Translations under genes and position numbers: made by a program
Notes under the pieces: generated by a model
What the model was told of the DNA's origin: nothing
Databases searched by the model: none
Seen by the model: only the letters and a program-made list of their open reading frames with translations
NCBI GenBank assembly: GCA_036272935.1
Contig: DATAXP010000075.1
Location: 87,085 to 151,084, forward strand
Direction of reading: 5' to 3'
Source of the DNA: Pirellulales bacterium
GTDB taxonomy: Bacteria; Planctomycetota; Planctomycetia; Pirellulales; PNKZ01
DNA length: 64,000 nt
In this document: piece after piece, positions 39,224 through 49,586 of the stretch
Numbering within the stretch: position 1 is the stretch's first letter
How the letters are laid out: every line of letters starts with the position of its first letter

Positions 39224-41334
39224 ACGCGGCCCTCGAGGTGATGGGCCTCGGCTTCACGTTCCCGGGGCGCACGTCGCAGGCGCTCGACCAAATCAATTTC
39301 ACATTGCCGACGGCGAGCATCACCGTCGTCGCCGGACGCACCGGCTCGGGCAAAAGCACGCTACTGCGGGCGCTGGCCGCTTGGATTCCTCGCCACAGCG
39401 CGGGGCGCATGACCGGCAGCGTCACGGTCGGCGGGCTCGACACGCGCACTGCGACGACCGCCGAATTGGCACGCACGGTCGGCCTGATGCAACAGTCGAT
39501 CGATGACCAACTTTGTGCGACGACCGTCGCCGGCGAAGTCGCCTTCGGCTTGGAGAACCTGGCCTTGCCGGTCGACGAAATCCACGGGCGAGTCGGCGCT
39601 GCACTGGCGCGCTTCGGTCTGGCCGGGTTTGAGAGCCACCAGACGCGGCAACTCTCGAGCGGGCAGCGGCAGCGACTGCTTTTGGCGAGCCTCTGGGCGA
39701 TGCGGCCGCGCGTGCTGGTGCTCGACGAACCGCTCAGCCAGCTCGACGAGCAAGGGACAGCCGCTCTGTTGGCCGAGCTGCGACGGCTGCGCGACGAAGG
39801 GATCACGATCGTCGTGGCCGAGCATCGCGTCGATCAGTTGTTGCCGATCGTCGATCGGGTGCTGGTGCTGGAAGGCGGGCGACTTGTGGGCGCTAAACCG
39901 CAAGCGATGGTCGAAGCGGTCACGGTTGGCTCACCAATCGCTGGCGGACCGACCATCGTTGCGGCCGAGCGCATCGCGGCGCGATATGGTGCATCGTCGC
40001 CGCCGGTGTTTTCGGACGTAACGCTTTCGGTGGCACATGGAGAGCGGATCGCGATCGTGGGTCCCAACGGGGCCGGCAAGAGCACGCTGCTAAAGGTGCT
40101 GGCCGGGATCATGCCCCCGGCAATGGGCGAAGTGCGTTGGTGCGACGACGAAGCCGGCAGGCCACCGGTCGGATTGGTGCCGCAGAACCCTGACCTGACA
40201 CTGTTCTCGAATAGCGTGCGTGACGAACTAGCGTTCGGCCCGCGACAACTCGGCTTGGACGAGGCCGAGATTGCGCGGCGCGTGGCGACGGCGGCGGATG
40301 AGTTTTCGCTCGATGATTTGCTCGACGAGCCGCCGCAGGGGCTCAGCCAGGGGCAGCGCTTGCGCGTCGCCTTGACGGCCGCGGCGACGCTCGAGCCGCA
40401 AGTGTTGCTGCTCGACGAACCCACCATCGGCCAGGATCCGGAGCAGATGCACCGGTTGTTTAGCGCGCTGGTGGCGGCCGTCGAGGCGGGGCGCATCGGG
40501 GCGATTGTCTTCTCGACGCACGATGCTGAAGTGGCGCGGCGGTATGCGACACGCATTCTCCCTCTCCCCGCCGCGGGAGAGGGCCGGGGTGAGGGGGGCA
40601 TGAAGCGTGTACCCACGTCGCCCCCTCACCCTAACCCTCTCCCGCAAGGGGAGAGGGGAACTGGTGGAGCGCTTGAACGGCTGGATGCGCGGGTCAAGAT
40701 TGTGTACCTGTTGGCCCTGTCGCTGGTTAGCGTGACGGTCGATTCAGCGCGGGCATTGCTGATCGTCGGGGCGATCGGCATGGCGCCGGTGTTCGCGCTG
40801 CGCTGTGGATGGCGGGCCCGGGCGCTCGTTGTCGGTGCGATTGCCGCGACGATTTGGGGCGCAGTGCTCTCGCAGGCGATGTTTTACAGCTTCGAGCCTC
40901 GGACGCCGTGGATGACGATTGCCGGCGTGACGCTGTGGCGCGAAGGAGCACGGTACGGCCTGCTCCAATCGATGCGGCTGGTGGCGACGACCGCCTCGGG
41001 AATAGCCGTGTGTCTATCGACTAGCCCCGAGCGGCTGTTGGCGGCGATGACGCGCCTCGGCTCACCGGCGACGCTCGCGTTCTTGGTGACAACCGCGATG
41101 CGGTTTCTGCCGACGATGGCCGACGAGTGGCTGGCGATCCGGCTGGCTCACCGGCTGCGCGGCTACCGCTTCCGCCCCTGGAAATTGGCCGCGTGGTGCA
41201 TCGAGGCAGGGATGTTCGCGCCGTTGGTGGCGGCGGCGCTGCGGCGGGCGACGACACTGGCGGTCAGCGTCACCACGCGTGGACTCGATCCGCGGGCGCC
41301 GCGGACGTACTACGATCCGCCGTCACGCGGTTAA
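39220..41334 (+). CDS. Fused ECF transporter protein: two ABC ATPase domains (EcfA-EcfA') plus a C-terminal transmembrane EcfT/CbiQ domain
   Basis: Walker A (GRTGSGKST), signature (LSSGQRQRL) and Walker B (VLVLDEP). A second set follows (GPNGAGKST; LSQGQRLRV; LLLDEP). The C-terminal roughly 230 aa are polytopic (…RVKIVYLLALSLVSV…, CbiQ-like). The linker between the second ATPase and the T domain (GEGRGEGGMKRVPTSPPHPNPLPQGERGTGG) is encoded by the palindromic repeat at 40561..40661. Confidence 0.8.
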   Translation: MNAALEVMGLGFTFPGRTSQALDQINFTLPTASITVVAGRTGSGKSTLLRALAAWIPRHSAGRMTGSVTVGGLDTRTATTAELARTVGLMQQSIDDQLCATTVAGEVAFGLENLALPVDEIHGRVGAALARFGLAGFESHQTRQLSSGQRQRLLLASLWAMRPRVLVLDEPLSQLDEQGTAALLAELRRLRDEGITIVVAEHRVDQLLPIVDRVLVLEGGRLVGAKPQAMVEAVTVGSPIAGGPTIVAAERIAARYGASSPPVFSDVTLSVAHGERIAIVGPNGAGKSTLLKVLAGIMPPAMGEVRWCDDEAGRPPVGLVPQNPDLTLFSNSVRDELAFGPRQLGLDEAEIARRVATAADEFSLDDLLDEPPQGLSQGQRLRVALTAAATLEPQVLLLDEPTIGQDPEQMHRLFSALVAAVEAGRIGAIVFSTHDAEVARRYATRILPLPAAGEGRGEGGMKRVPTSPPHPNPLPQGERGTGGALERLDARVKIVYLLALSLVSVTVDSARALLIVGAIGMAPVFALRCGWRARALVVGAIAATIWGAVLSQAMFYSFEPRTPWMTIAGVTLWREGARYGLLQSMRLVATTASGIAVCLSTSPERLLAAMTRLGSPATLAFLVTTAMRFLPTMADEWLAIRLAHRLRGYRFRPWKLAAWCIEAGMFAPLVAAALRRATTLAVSVTTRGLDPRAPRTYYDPPSRG
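40561..40661. repeat. Second copy of the composite GGGAGAGGG/GGTGAGGG palindromic repeat, sitting in-frame inside the ECF fusion gene
   Basis: ccctctcccc gccgc gggagaggg; ggggtgaggggg…ccccctcaccc; ccctctccc gcaa ggggagagggg. Same architecture as 36212..36335. Confidence 0.5.
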
Positions 41335-41973
41335 TTCCAGCGTTGCCCACAGGCTGGGGTCTTCGCGATACGGGTATTCGATCGGGCAAGTGAACGTCTG
41401 CTCGCCCAACTCGCGGTCGATCAAGGCATAGGTGAAGCCCAGTCGAGCATGCTCGGCTGGGTCGTATCCGGTGAGGGCCGCAGCCGGGATGAACGCTTCG
41501 AGCACGTAGCCGTCGACACGCCGCTCGCGGCGCACCTCAAGCACACCGGGTCGCACGGGGCGCGCGTTCTCGCGCGCTCGGTTGATGAGCATCTGCTCGG
41601 CGACCGGTTCGTCGAGCGCGCGGCCGGTGCCCGAGGGCATGAAGATGAACGCGTGGCAGAAGCGGCTGGCGCGGTGAATATTGTGCGTGTCGCGCGTGTC
41701 GATCCAGACACGCAGGCCGTCGCTCTCGTCGGGGCGGCTCTCGCGGCACCACGGCTGCTGCCGCTTGCCCGTGACACGCACCCAGAACAGCAGTCCCTCG
41801 GCGTTCCAGCCGGTGCGCACCTCGGCAAAGCGCCCTTCGCCGTCGAGGTCGCCGAACATCGGCAGCGCGTGCTTCTCCGAGAGCGGCTTGGCGGCGGTCC
41901 ACGCGGTGTCGTGCTTCAGGCAGGGCACTGAGTAGCGGAACAGGAAACGCGGCGCAATCAGAGATTCGGTCAT
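41323..41973 (-). CDS. CBM9-like / DOMON-superfamily protein (putative carbohydrate-binding)
   Basis: The pattern …AEVRTGWNAEGLLFWVRVTG…DGLRVWIDTRD…FIFMPSG…DGYVLEAFIPAAAL matches the family-9 carbohydrate-binding-domain-like fold from memory. It lies 16 nt downstream of the giant UvrA-like gene on the same strand. It overlaps the convergent ECF gene by 12 nt. Confidence 0.5.
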   Translation of the reverse strand: MTESLIAPRFLFRYSVPCLKHDTAWTAAKPLSEKHALPMFGDLDGEGRFAEVRTGWNAEGLLFWVRVTGKRQQPWCRESRPDESDGLRVWIDTRDTHNIHRASRFCHAFIFMPSGTGRALDEPVAEQMLINRARENARPVRPGVLEVRRERRVDGYVLEAFIPAAALTGYDPAEHARLGFTYALIDRELGEQTFTCPIEYPYREDPSLWATLELTA

Positions 41974-41988
41974 TGGATATCGGTCCCT

Positions 41989-44900
41989 TTAACCCCCGGC
42001 GACTCGCCGGGGGCTAATGAGTGTCCCCTGGCGGCCACCCGTCACTGCCGCGTAGTGCTCGCGAAAGAAGTCGACGATCGACGGGGTGATGTCGGCCGAC
42101 GTGTGGAAGCGCAGCGATACCATGTCGTGGTCCGGCCGGCTGGTGAGCAACTCAACCTCCTCGCCAAGCTCGGCCACACGTCCCATCGGAAACATCTGCT
42201 TGGGGCCGTTGAGCACCAGGTGCAGCGCGGCCACTTTCTTCGTTTGAATGGTCGCCCACGGCTCGCTCGAACCGCGCGGGCAGAGGTGCACCAGTTGCTG
42301 GTTGTTCCAGAGAAACTCGCCTCCCTCGGCAACTTGGCCGAGCAGCTCGCAAAGCTCCTCAAGCAACTCGGGACTCCACTTCGCCGGCTTGCCCGGCGGG
42401 AAACCCTTGCGCGACAGATGCCACTTCTGCCCCAGCACCTTCCACGGCATCACGTCCTCGGGCTTCTGCTGGGCGCGCTGCGTGAAGCGCTCGAAGCCCT
42501 TCACCGCCGCTTCGAGGAACTGCCAGAATTCGGGACGGTCGATCTCGGCCCACGTGTGAACCGCCAACTGCACTTCCTGCCAGGGGCCGCGCAGGTTCTT
42601 GCACTTCACGCGCGGCTCGCTGCCGTACACCGGCAGGTCGGGCATCTCGTTCAGCGGCTTGAGGTCTAGCCGTTCGATCAACTCATCGCGTTGGAAGCTC
42701 TTTTTCGCGACGCGGAACTTCAGCTTCACCAGCCACGGCTCGCCGGTGACAGCGTGGAAGAACCAGCCGTCGCTCTTCTTCGGCGCGCTGATCTCGACGA
42801 CCGTGCGCGAATTCCAGTTGGTCGGGCTGAACTCGCCCAGCTCGTGGATGCGATCGATCACCGCGGCGAGAATCTTGCCGTCCCAACGACACGCCTGACC
42901 GTCGCGCCCCACGCGGTCCACAGTATGCCAGCGCCGGCCATCGGCTTCCCAAGGATTCTTGGCTTCCAGGCCGACCTGATGCACTTCAAGATCGTCGTGG
43001 CGCTGGGCCTCGGCCGCGGCAAAGTCGTATGGCTTGCGCTCGACGTGTGGTCCGGCCGCGAGTACCGGGGCGAGCATCTCGCCCGTGTGCGAACGCAACA
43101 GTGGCCAGGCACCATTCTTCGCGGCTGCGGCCTTGCGGCGCGTCGCGGCCTGATAAGCGTTGGCATGCTCGACGATCTGTTCCGGCGTGCCGGCTGCCAC
43201 GACTTGACCGCCGGCGTCGCCCGCTTCGGGCCCCATGTCGATCACCCAATCGGCCGTCTTGATCACGTCCAAGTTGTGTTCGATCACGACGACCGTGTTC
43301 CCCAAATCGACCAGTCGATTGAGCACGTCGAGCAGTTTAGCGAGATCATCGAAGTGCAGGCCGGTGGTCGGCTCGTCGAGCAAGTACAGCGTCTGTCCGG
43401 TGTCGGGTCGCGCGAGCTCCGCGGCGAGCTTCACGCGCTGCGCCTCGCCGCCCGAGAGCGTCGGCGCTGCTTGCCCCAGGCGCAGGTAATCGAGCCCCAC
43501 GTCGCACAGGGTTTGCAGCGTACGGCGAATCTTGGGGATGTTCGCGAACAGTTCGAGCGCCCGGCCGGCGGGCATGTCGAGCACGTCGGCAATACTCTGG
43601 CCGCGGAACTTTACGGCCAGTGTTTCGGGGTTGTAACGGCGGCCACGGCAGTCGTCGCACTCGACCCACACGTCGGGCAGAAAGTGCATTTCGATCCGCA
43701 GTTGGCCGTTGCCTTCGCACTTCTCACAGCGCCCGCCTGGGACGTTGAAGCTGAACCGGCGAGCCGTGTAGCCTCGCAGCTTCGCCTCGGGCAGGTGTGC
43801 ATACAACTCGCGGATCTGCTCGAACACGCCAGTGTAGGTGGCCGGGTTCGAGGTGGGCGTGTTCCCCAGCGGCTGCTGGTCGACGCGAATCACCTTGTTG
43901 ATTTGCTCGACGCCACGGATCGCATCGTGCGGGGCGGCAAACGTGCGCGCCCGGTGCAGCGTGCGAGCCAGGGCGTTGTACAACACGTCCTCGACCAGCG
44001 AGCTTTTGCCGCTGCCGCTGACGCCGGTGACCACGGTGAACGTTCCCAGCGGAATCTCGACGCTCACGTTGCGCAGGTTGTTGTGGCGGGCACCGAGGAC
44101 TTGGAGCAACGGGAGCTGGGAGCTAGGAACTGGGAGCTGGGGTTTATTGGTCTTGCGCGGTTTCTTTTCCTTCCTAGCTCCTTGCTCCTCGTCCCCAGCT
44201 CCCCCCCGCCTGTTCGTCGGCACCGGGATCGCCTTGGTGCCGCTGAGGTACGGACCGGTGACCGAGCCTTTCTGCTTGGCGACTTTCTCGGGCGTGCCGC
44301 GCGCCACGACTTGGCCGCCGTGTTCGCCGGCGCGCGGACCGAAATCGAGCAGTTGATCGGCCCCGGCAATGACTTCCTTATCGTGCTCGACCAAGAGCAG
44401 CGTGTTGCCGAGATCGCGCAGGCGCTCGAGCGCTCGCAGCAGACGCAAGTTATCGCGCGGATGCAGTCCGATCGTCGGCTCGTCGAGCACGTATAGCACG
44501 CCCGTCAGGCCGCTGCCCACCTGGCTGGCCAGCCGGATGCGCTGGGCCTCGCCGCCCGAGAGGGTCGGTGCTCCGCGCGACAGCGTGAGATAATCGAGCC
44601 CGACATCAACCAGGAATTGCAGCCGGTTGCGCACCTCGCGCAGCAACTCGCCGGCCACCTTGCGCTCGGCCGCGGTGAGCTTGAACGTATCGAACTGCTT
44701 GAACAGCTCGCCCAGCGGCGTGCGGCACAGCTCGTCCATGGTGCGGTTGCGAAAGCGCACGGCCGAGGCATCGTCGCGCAGGCGGCTGCCGCCGCAGGTC
44801 GAGCATTCCACTTCGTCAACCAGGTGATCGAGCTTGCCGCGCAAGGCCGGCGACAGCCGCGACGCTTCTTCCAACGCCGGATACAGTCCTTTGTATTGAA

Positions 44901-47900
44901 AGCGGAACCACGTCGAGGCAGTTTTCTTTTTCGCCCCCGGTTGCGGCATTGCACTTTGAGGCACCGCAATCCAATCGTCGCCAGTGCCGTGAAGCACCAC
45001 GCGGCGATGGCGTGCCGAGAGCTGGTCGTAGGGTACATCGAGTGGCAGGCCGGAGTGCGTGGCCAGAGCATCGAGCATCGGCCGGAAGTAGGCGTTGTCG
45101 ACGCCAGGCCACATCGCCACCGCCCCTTGGGCGAGCGTGAGCTTCGGGTCGCGCAGCAGGGCCGCGGTGTTGGCTCCCATCTGCGAGCCGAGCCCTTCGC
45201 AACTCGGGCACCAGCCGAGGGCGCTATTAAACGAAAAGTTGTGCGGCGTGAGGCGTTCAAAGCTGCGGCCGCATTTATCGCAGGCGAAGTGCTGGTTGTG
45301 CACGTCGGTGCGCCATTGTTCCTCGGGCACGTCGTCGACGGGCCAGGCAACGTGCATGATCCCCTTGCCCATCGCCAAAGCGCTCTCGACGCTGTCGGCA
45401 ATCCGGCTGCGTCCGCCAGTGCGCACCGTCACGCGATCGACCAGCACTTCCACCAAATGCTTGCGACGGCGATCGATGGTCGGCGGGTTATCGACCTCGT
45501 ACGTCTTGCGATCGACACGCATCCGCTGGTAGCCGGCGGCACGCAACTGGTCCCAGAGCGCCTCGTAGCTGTCGCCCACCGCCACTTCGCGCGGCGCCAT
45601 GATGTACAGCCGCGTGCCGTCGGGCTCGCGCATGATCTTGTCGATCACCTCGTCGGCCGATTGCGTGCCGATCGGCACTTCGCAGTCGGGGCAGTACGCC
45701 TGGCCGAGCCGGGCCATGAGGATGCGCAGATAGTCGTAGATCTCGGTCACGGTGCCCACGGTCGAGCGCGGTGAGTGGCCAAGGTTCTTCTGTTCGATGG
45801 CGATGGCCGGCGAAAGGCCTTCGATGTGGTCGAGAGCCGGCTTCTGCATCTGGCCGACGAACTGCCGGGCATAGCTGCTCAGGCTTTCAACGTATCGTCG
45901 CTGCCCCTCGGCATACACGGTGTCCATGGCCAGAGAGCTTTTGCCGCTGCCGCTGGGACCGCAGCAAACGGTCATCTTGTCGCGCGGAATCTCGACATCG
46001 ATGCTCTTCAGATTGTGCTGCCGGGCACCCTGCACCTTGATGACCTTCGCTTCGGCTGTCCGCTGAGTGCTGACCGCTGATCGCTTCGCCGGTATGTGCG
46101 GCTTCGCGCTCAGCACCTTCTTGAGTGCCTGCCCGGTATGCGACTCCGGCACCTCGGCAACTTGTTCCGGCGTGCCGAGGGCCACAATCTTGCCGCCACC
46201 GGCGCCCCCTTCCGGCCCCAGGTCGATGATCCAATCGGCCGTCTTAATCACGTCGAGATTGTGCTCGACCACCAGCACCGTGTTCCCGGCGTCGACAAAG
46301 TTGTGCAGCACGCGGAGCAGCATTTCGATGTCGGCGAAGTGTAGCCCCGTGGTCGGTTCGTCGAGCAGGTAGAGCGTTTTACCGGTGCTTTTCTTCACCA
46401 GTTCGCGGGCTAGCTTGGTCCGCTGTGCCTCACCGCCCGAAAGCGTCGGCGACGGCTGGCCGAGTTTCAGATAATCGAGTCCCACGTCGTGCAACGTTTG
46501 CAGCTTGTGGGCGACCTTAGGGATCTGGCTGAAATGCTCGAGCGCCTGCTGGATGTCCATCTCCAGCACCTCGGCAATGTTTTTGCCCTTGAAGCGCACC
46601 TGGAGAGTTTCGCGATTGAACCGATGCCCTTCGCACACCGGGCAGGTCACCCACACGTCGGCCAGGAAGTCCATCTCCAGGCGGTTCGAGCCGTTGCCTT
46701 CGCACGCCTCGCAGCGGCCGCCAGCGACGTTGAAACTGAACCGCCCCTCGGGATAGCCGCGAGCCTTCGAGTCGGGCAATTGCGCGAACAGGTTGCGGAT
46801 GTCGTCGAACACCTTGATATACGTGGCCGGGTTCGAGCGCGGCGTGCGGCCGATCGGCGACTGATCGATGGCGATGAGCTTGTCGAGATGGTTGAGTCCT
46901 TCGATGGCGTCGTGTGCGCCGGGCTCTCCTTCGCCGCCGTTCAGGTCGCGCCGCAATGCCTCGACCAGGATGCCGTTCACCAGCGAACTTTTGCCGCTGC
47001 CGCTCACGCCGGTCACGCAGACGAACGTGCCGAGCGGAATCTCGACATCGACGCCTTTGAGGTTGTGCTCGCGAGCACCGACAATGCGAAGCGAGTTGCC
47101 GTTGCTCGCGCTTCGTGTCGTCGGCACCGGGATCGTGCGCTTGCCCGAGAGAAACTGCCCGGTGAGGCTGCGAGCTTCGCCGCACACGGTGTCGTAATCG
47201 CCGCTGGCGACCACTTCGCCGCCGCGCACGCCGGGGCCGGGGCCAAAATCGACAATATGGTCGGCGGCGCGCATCGTATCTTCGTCGTGCTCGACGACGA
47301 CAACCGTGTTGCCAAGATCGCGCAACTGCGTGAGCGTCGCCAGCAGTTGGTCGTTGTCCCTGGGGTGCAGGCCGATCGACGGCTCATCGAGGATGTACAG
47401 CACGCCGACCAGTCCGCAGCCGATCTGCCCCGCCAGGCGGATGCGCTGCGATTCGCCGCCGGAAAGTGTCGGCGCCGTGCGGCTGAGCGTCAGGTAATTC
47501 AGGCCTACGTTGGTCAGAAAGCCCAGGCGACCGCGAATCTCCTTGAGCACCTCGGCGGCGATGGTCTGCCGCGTGGCGTCGAGCTCCAGTTCGCTGAAGA
47601 ACGTCGCGGCCTCGGAGACCGCCATGTCGCACACTTCGGGCAGCGAGCGGGCGGGGAGTGCGGCGAAGTCGGCATCGCGGCTCGACACGCGCACTGCCCG
47701 GGCTTGCTCGTTGAGCCGGGCGCCGTGGCATTGCTCGCAGCCGATGGTGCGCATGTACTTTTCGAGCTGGCGCTGCTGCATGCCGCTTTTCGAGTTGCGG
47801 TATTTCGAGAGCAGCTCGGGAATGATCCCTTCGAACTGCCCGCCGTACTTGTGTACGCCGCCGCCATGTTTCCAGGTATAGGTGACGTGCAGCGCGCCGG

Positions 47901-49059
47901 TGCCGTGGAGCAGGGCATGTTGCGCCTCGGTCGGCAATTCTTCCCACGCCGTTTCGAGTAGCAGGCCGGTGTCGAAGTTCTCGGCGCGTTCGATCGCCTC
48001 GGCAACGCCTTCGTAGATATGCCGCTTCCACCGCCCCAGGTCCTTCCACGGGCCGATCAGCTCGAAGCAGCCTTGCTTGAACGAACGACCGGCATCGGGA
48101 ATGAGCAGTGCCGAGTCGAAGCTGAACACCTCGCCCAGGCCGTCGCACCCCAGGCACATGCCGTGCGGACTGTTGAAGCTGAACAGTTGCGGGCTCGGCG
48201 GCTCGAAACTGATGCCGCAACTGGTGCAGGCGTAGTGGGCCGACAGGTACAGGTCGTCGGCGGCGCGTGTGCCGCGCTTGGTGCGCTTCGTCGAGCCGGA
48301 CTCTTCTTCGTCTGCTTCGGGAACCGCGTCGCGCTCGAGCGCCACGATCAGGTTGCCTTCTCCCATGCGCAGTGCCAGCTCGACCGCCTCGCCCAAGCGG
48401 GCACGCAACCCGGGTGCGGCGGTGAGGCGATCGATCACCACGTCGATCGTGTGGCGCATCTGCCGGTCGAGGCTCAGGTCGTCGGTCAGGTTCACCACCG
48501 CACCATCGACCCGGGCCCGCACGAAACCTTGCTTGAGCAGGTCCTCGAACAGGTCGCGGTACTCGCCTTTCTGCTGGCGGATGAGCGGGGCGAGCACCGT
48601 GAATTTGGTCCCCGGTTCGAGCGTGATGATCCGATCGATGATCTGGTCGCGCGTCTGGGCGGTGATCTCGCGCCCGCAGCGGGGACAGTGCCCCGTGCCG
48701 CAGCGGGCGTACAGCACCCGCAGGTAGTCGTAAATCTCGGTGATCGTGCCGACGGTGGAGCGGGGGTTCTGGCCGCTGGACTTCTGCGAGATCGAGATCG
48801 ACGGACTGAGGCCGCTGATCAGGTCGACGTCGGGCTTCGGCATCTGCCCGAGGAATTGGCGCGCAAAGCTCGACAGACTTTCGACATACCGCCGCTGCCC
48901 CTCGGCGTACAGGGTGTCGAACGCCAGCGAGCTTTTGCCGCTGCCGCTGACGCCGCTGAAGCAAATGAGCTGGTTGCGCGGTAGCGTGAGGTTCACGTCG
49001 CGCAGGTTATGCTCGCGAGCACCTCGGATAACAATGTCGGCAGCGGGCATAGACACCAA
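41989..49059 (-). CDS. Giant (2356 aa) protein: two complete UvrA units fused in tandem, plus a roughly 390-aa C-terminal domain of unknown function
   Basis: **Unit 1:** Walker A ([12 protein letters not shown]), Zn module (CPRCG), Zn module 2 (CTSCG…CLGCDGLG), signature I ([16 protein letters not shown]), Walker B ([12 protein letters not shown]). A second ABC half follows with [20 protein letters not shown]…[24 protein letters not shown] and [12 protein letters not shown].

**Unit 2:** all four ABC modules and zinc modules repeat from about residue 975 ([12 protein letters not shown] … [15 protein letters not shown]).

**C-terminal about 390 aa:** no ABC motifs. An internal W-H-rich duplication (…[11 protein letters not shown]…/…[11 protein letters not shown]…). 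Confidence 0.9.
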
Positions 49060-49211
49060 CGCGGGCGGGCGAAGTCCGTTTCGGCACCAAAAGCGAACGA
49101 ACTAGGCATTGTAGGAGATTACCGGCGCGGTGGACAACCGCGTGAGATAATTTGGGACTGCGGCAGCTAGCGGGCCGGGGTTTCGGAATCGAAACCCACC
49201 CCGTAGGACGC

Positions 49212-49586
49212 TTACGCGACGCCGTCACGGAAAACCGAGCCGCGTTTTTCAGCGACGACTCGAAGCGCCTTGCTTTTCTTCTCGACTTTGTCCTGAAACG
49301 CACTGAAATCCACGACGGCGTGTTCTGGGAAATCGGTGAGGTCAGATCGCGTCGGTAGCGATTCGTTGAGGCACTCGCCTACGGTAACGGCCATTACTCC
49401 AACCGAGAGATACTCCAGCCTGGTTGTGTAGTGCGTCCAAGAATCTCGGGCTGAAATCAAATCACCGTCGTAAACAGAGAGCAGAAAGTTATCCTTTGGC
49501 ATGGGACGAAACGCCTGCGACGTTACTCGCCCGGATTGAACGAACGAGGGATGAACCTGTCGATAGAGCATCGTCGAATCGGTCAT
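49212..49586 (-). CDS. Hypothetical 124-aa protein, second gene of a low-GC two-gene module, translationally coupled to the gene upstream
   Basis: The track ORF (49212..49637) starts at an upstream Met. The in-frame ATG at 49584-49586 overlaps the stop of the upstream gene as ATGA, so I use it (MTDSTMLYRQVHPSFVQSGRVTSQAFRP…). No family assignable. Local GC is about 50%, against about 67% in the flanks. Confidence 0.5.
   Translation of the reverse strand: MTDSTMLYRQVHPSFVQSGRVTSQAFRPMPKDNFLLSVYDGDLISARDSWTHYTTRLEYLSVGVMAVTVGECLNESLPTRSDLTDFPEHAVVDFSAFQDKVEKKSKALRVVAEKRGSVFRDGVA

Noticed and set aside
42691-48984. Plus-strand ORFs of 321-601 aa (42691..44496, 44617..45774, 46489..47961, 48019..48984) inside the giant UvrA-like gene
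   Set aside because: The minus-strand frame carries four complete ABC modules plus zinc modules. The plus-strand frames are antisense artefacts.
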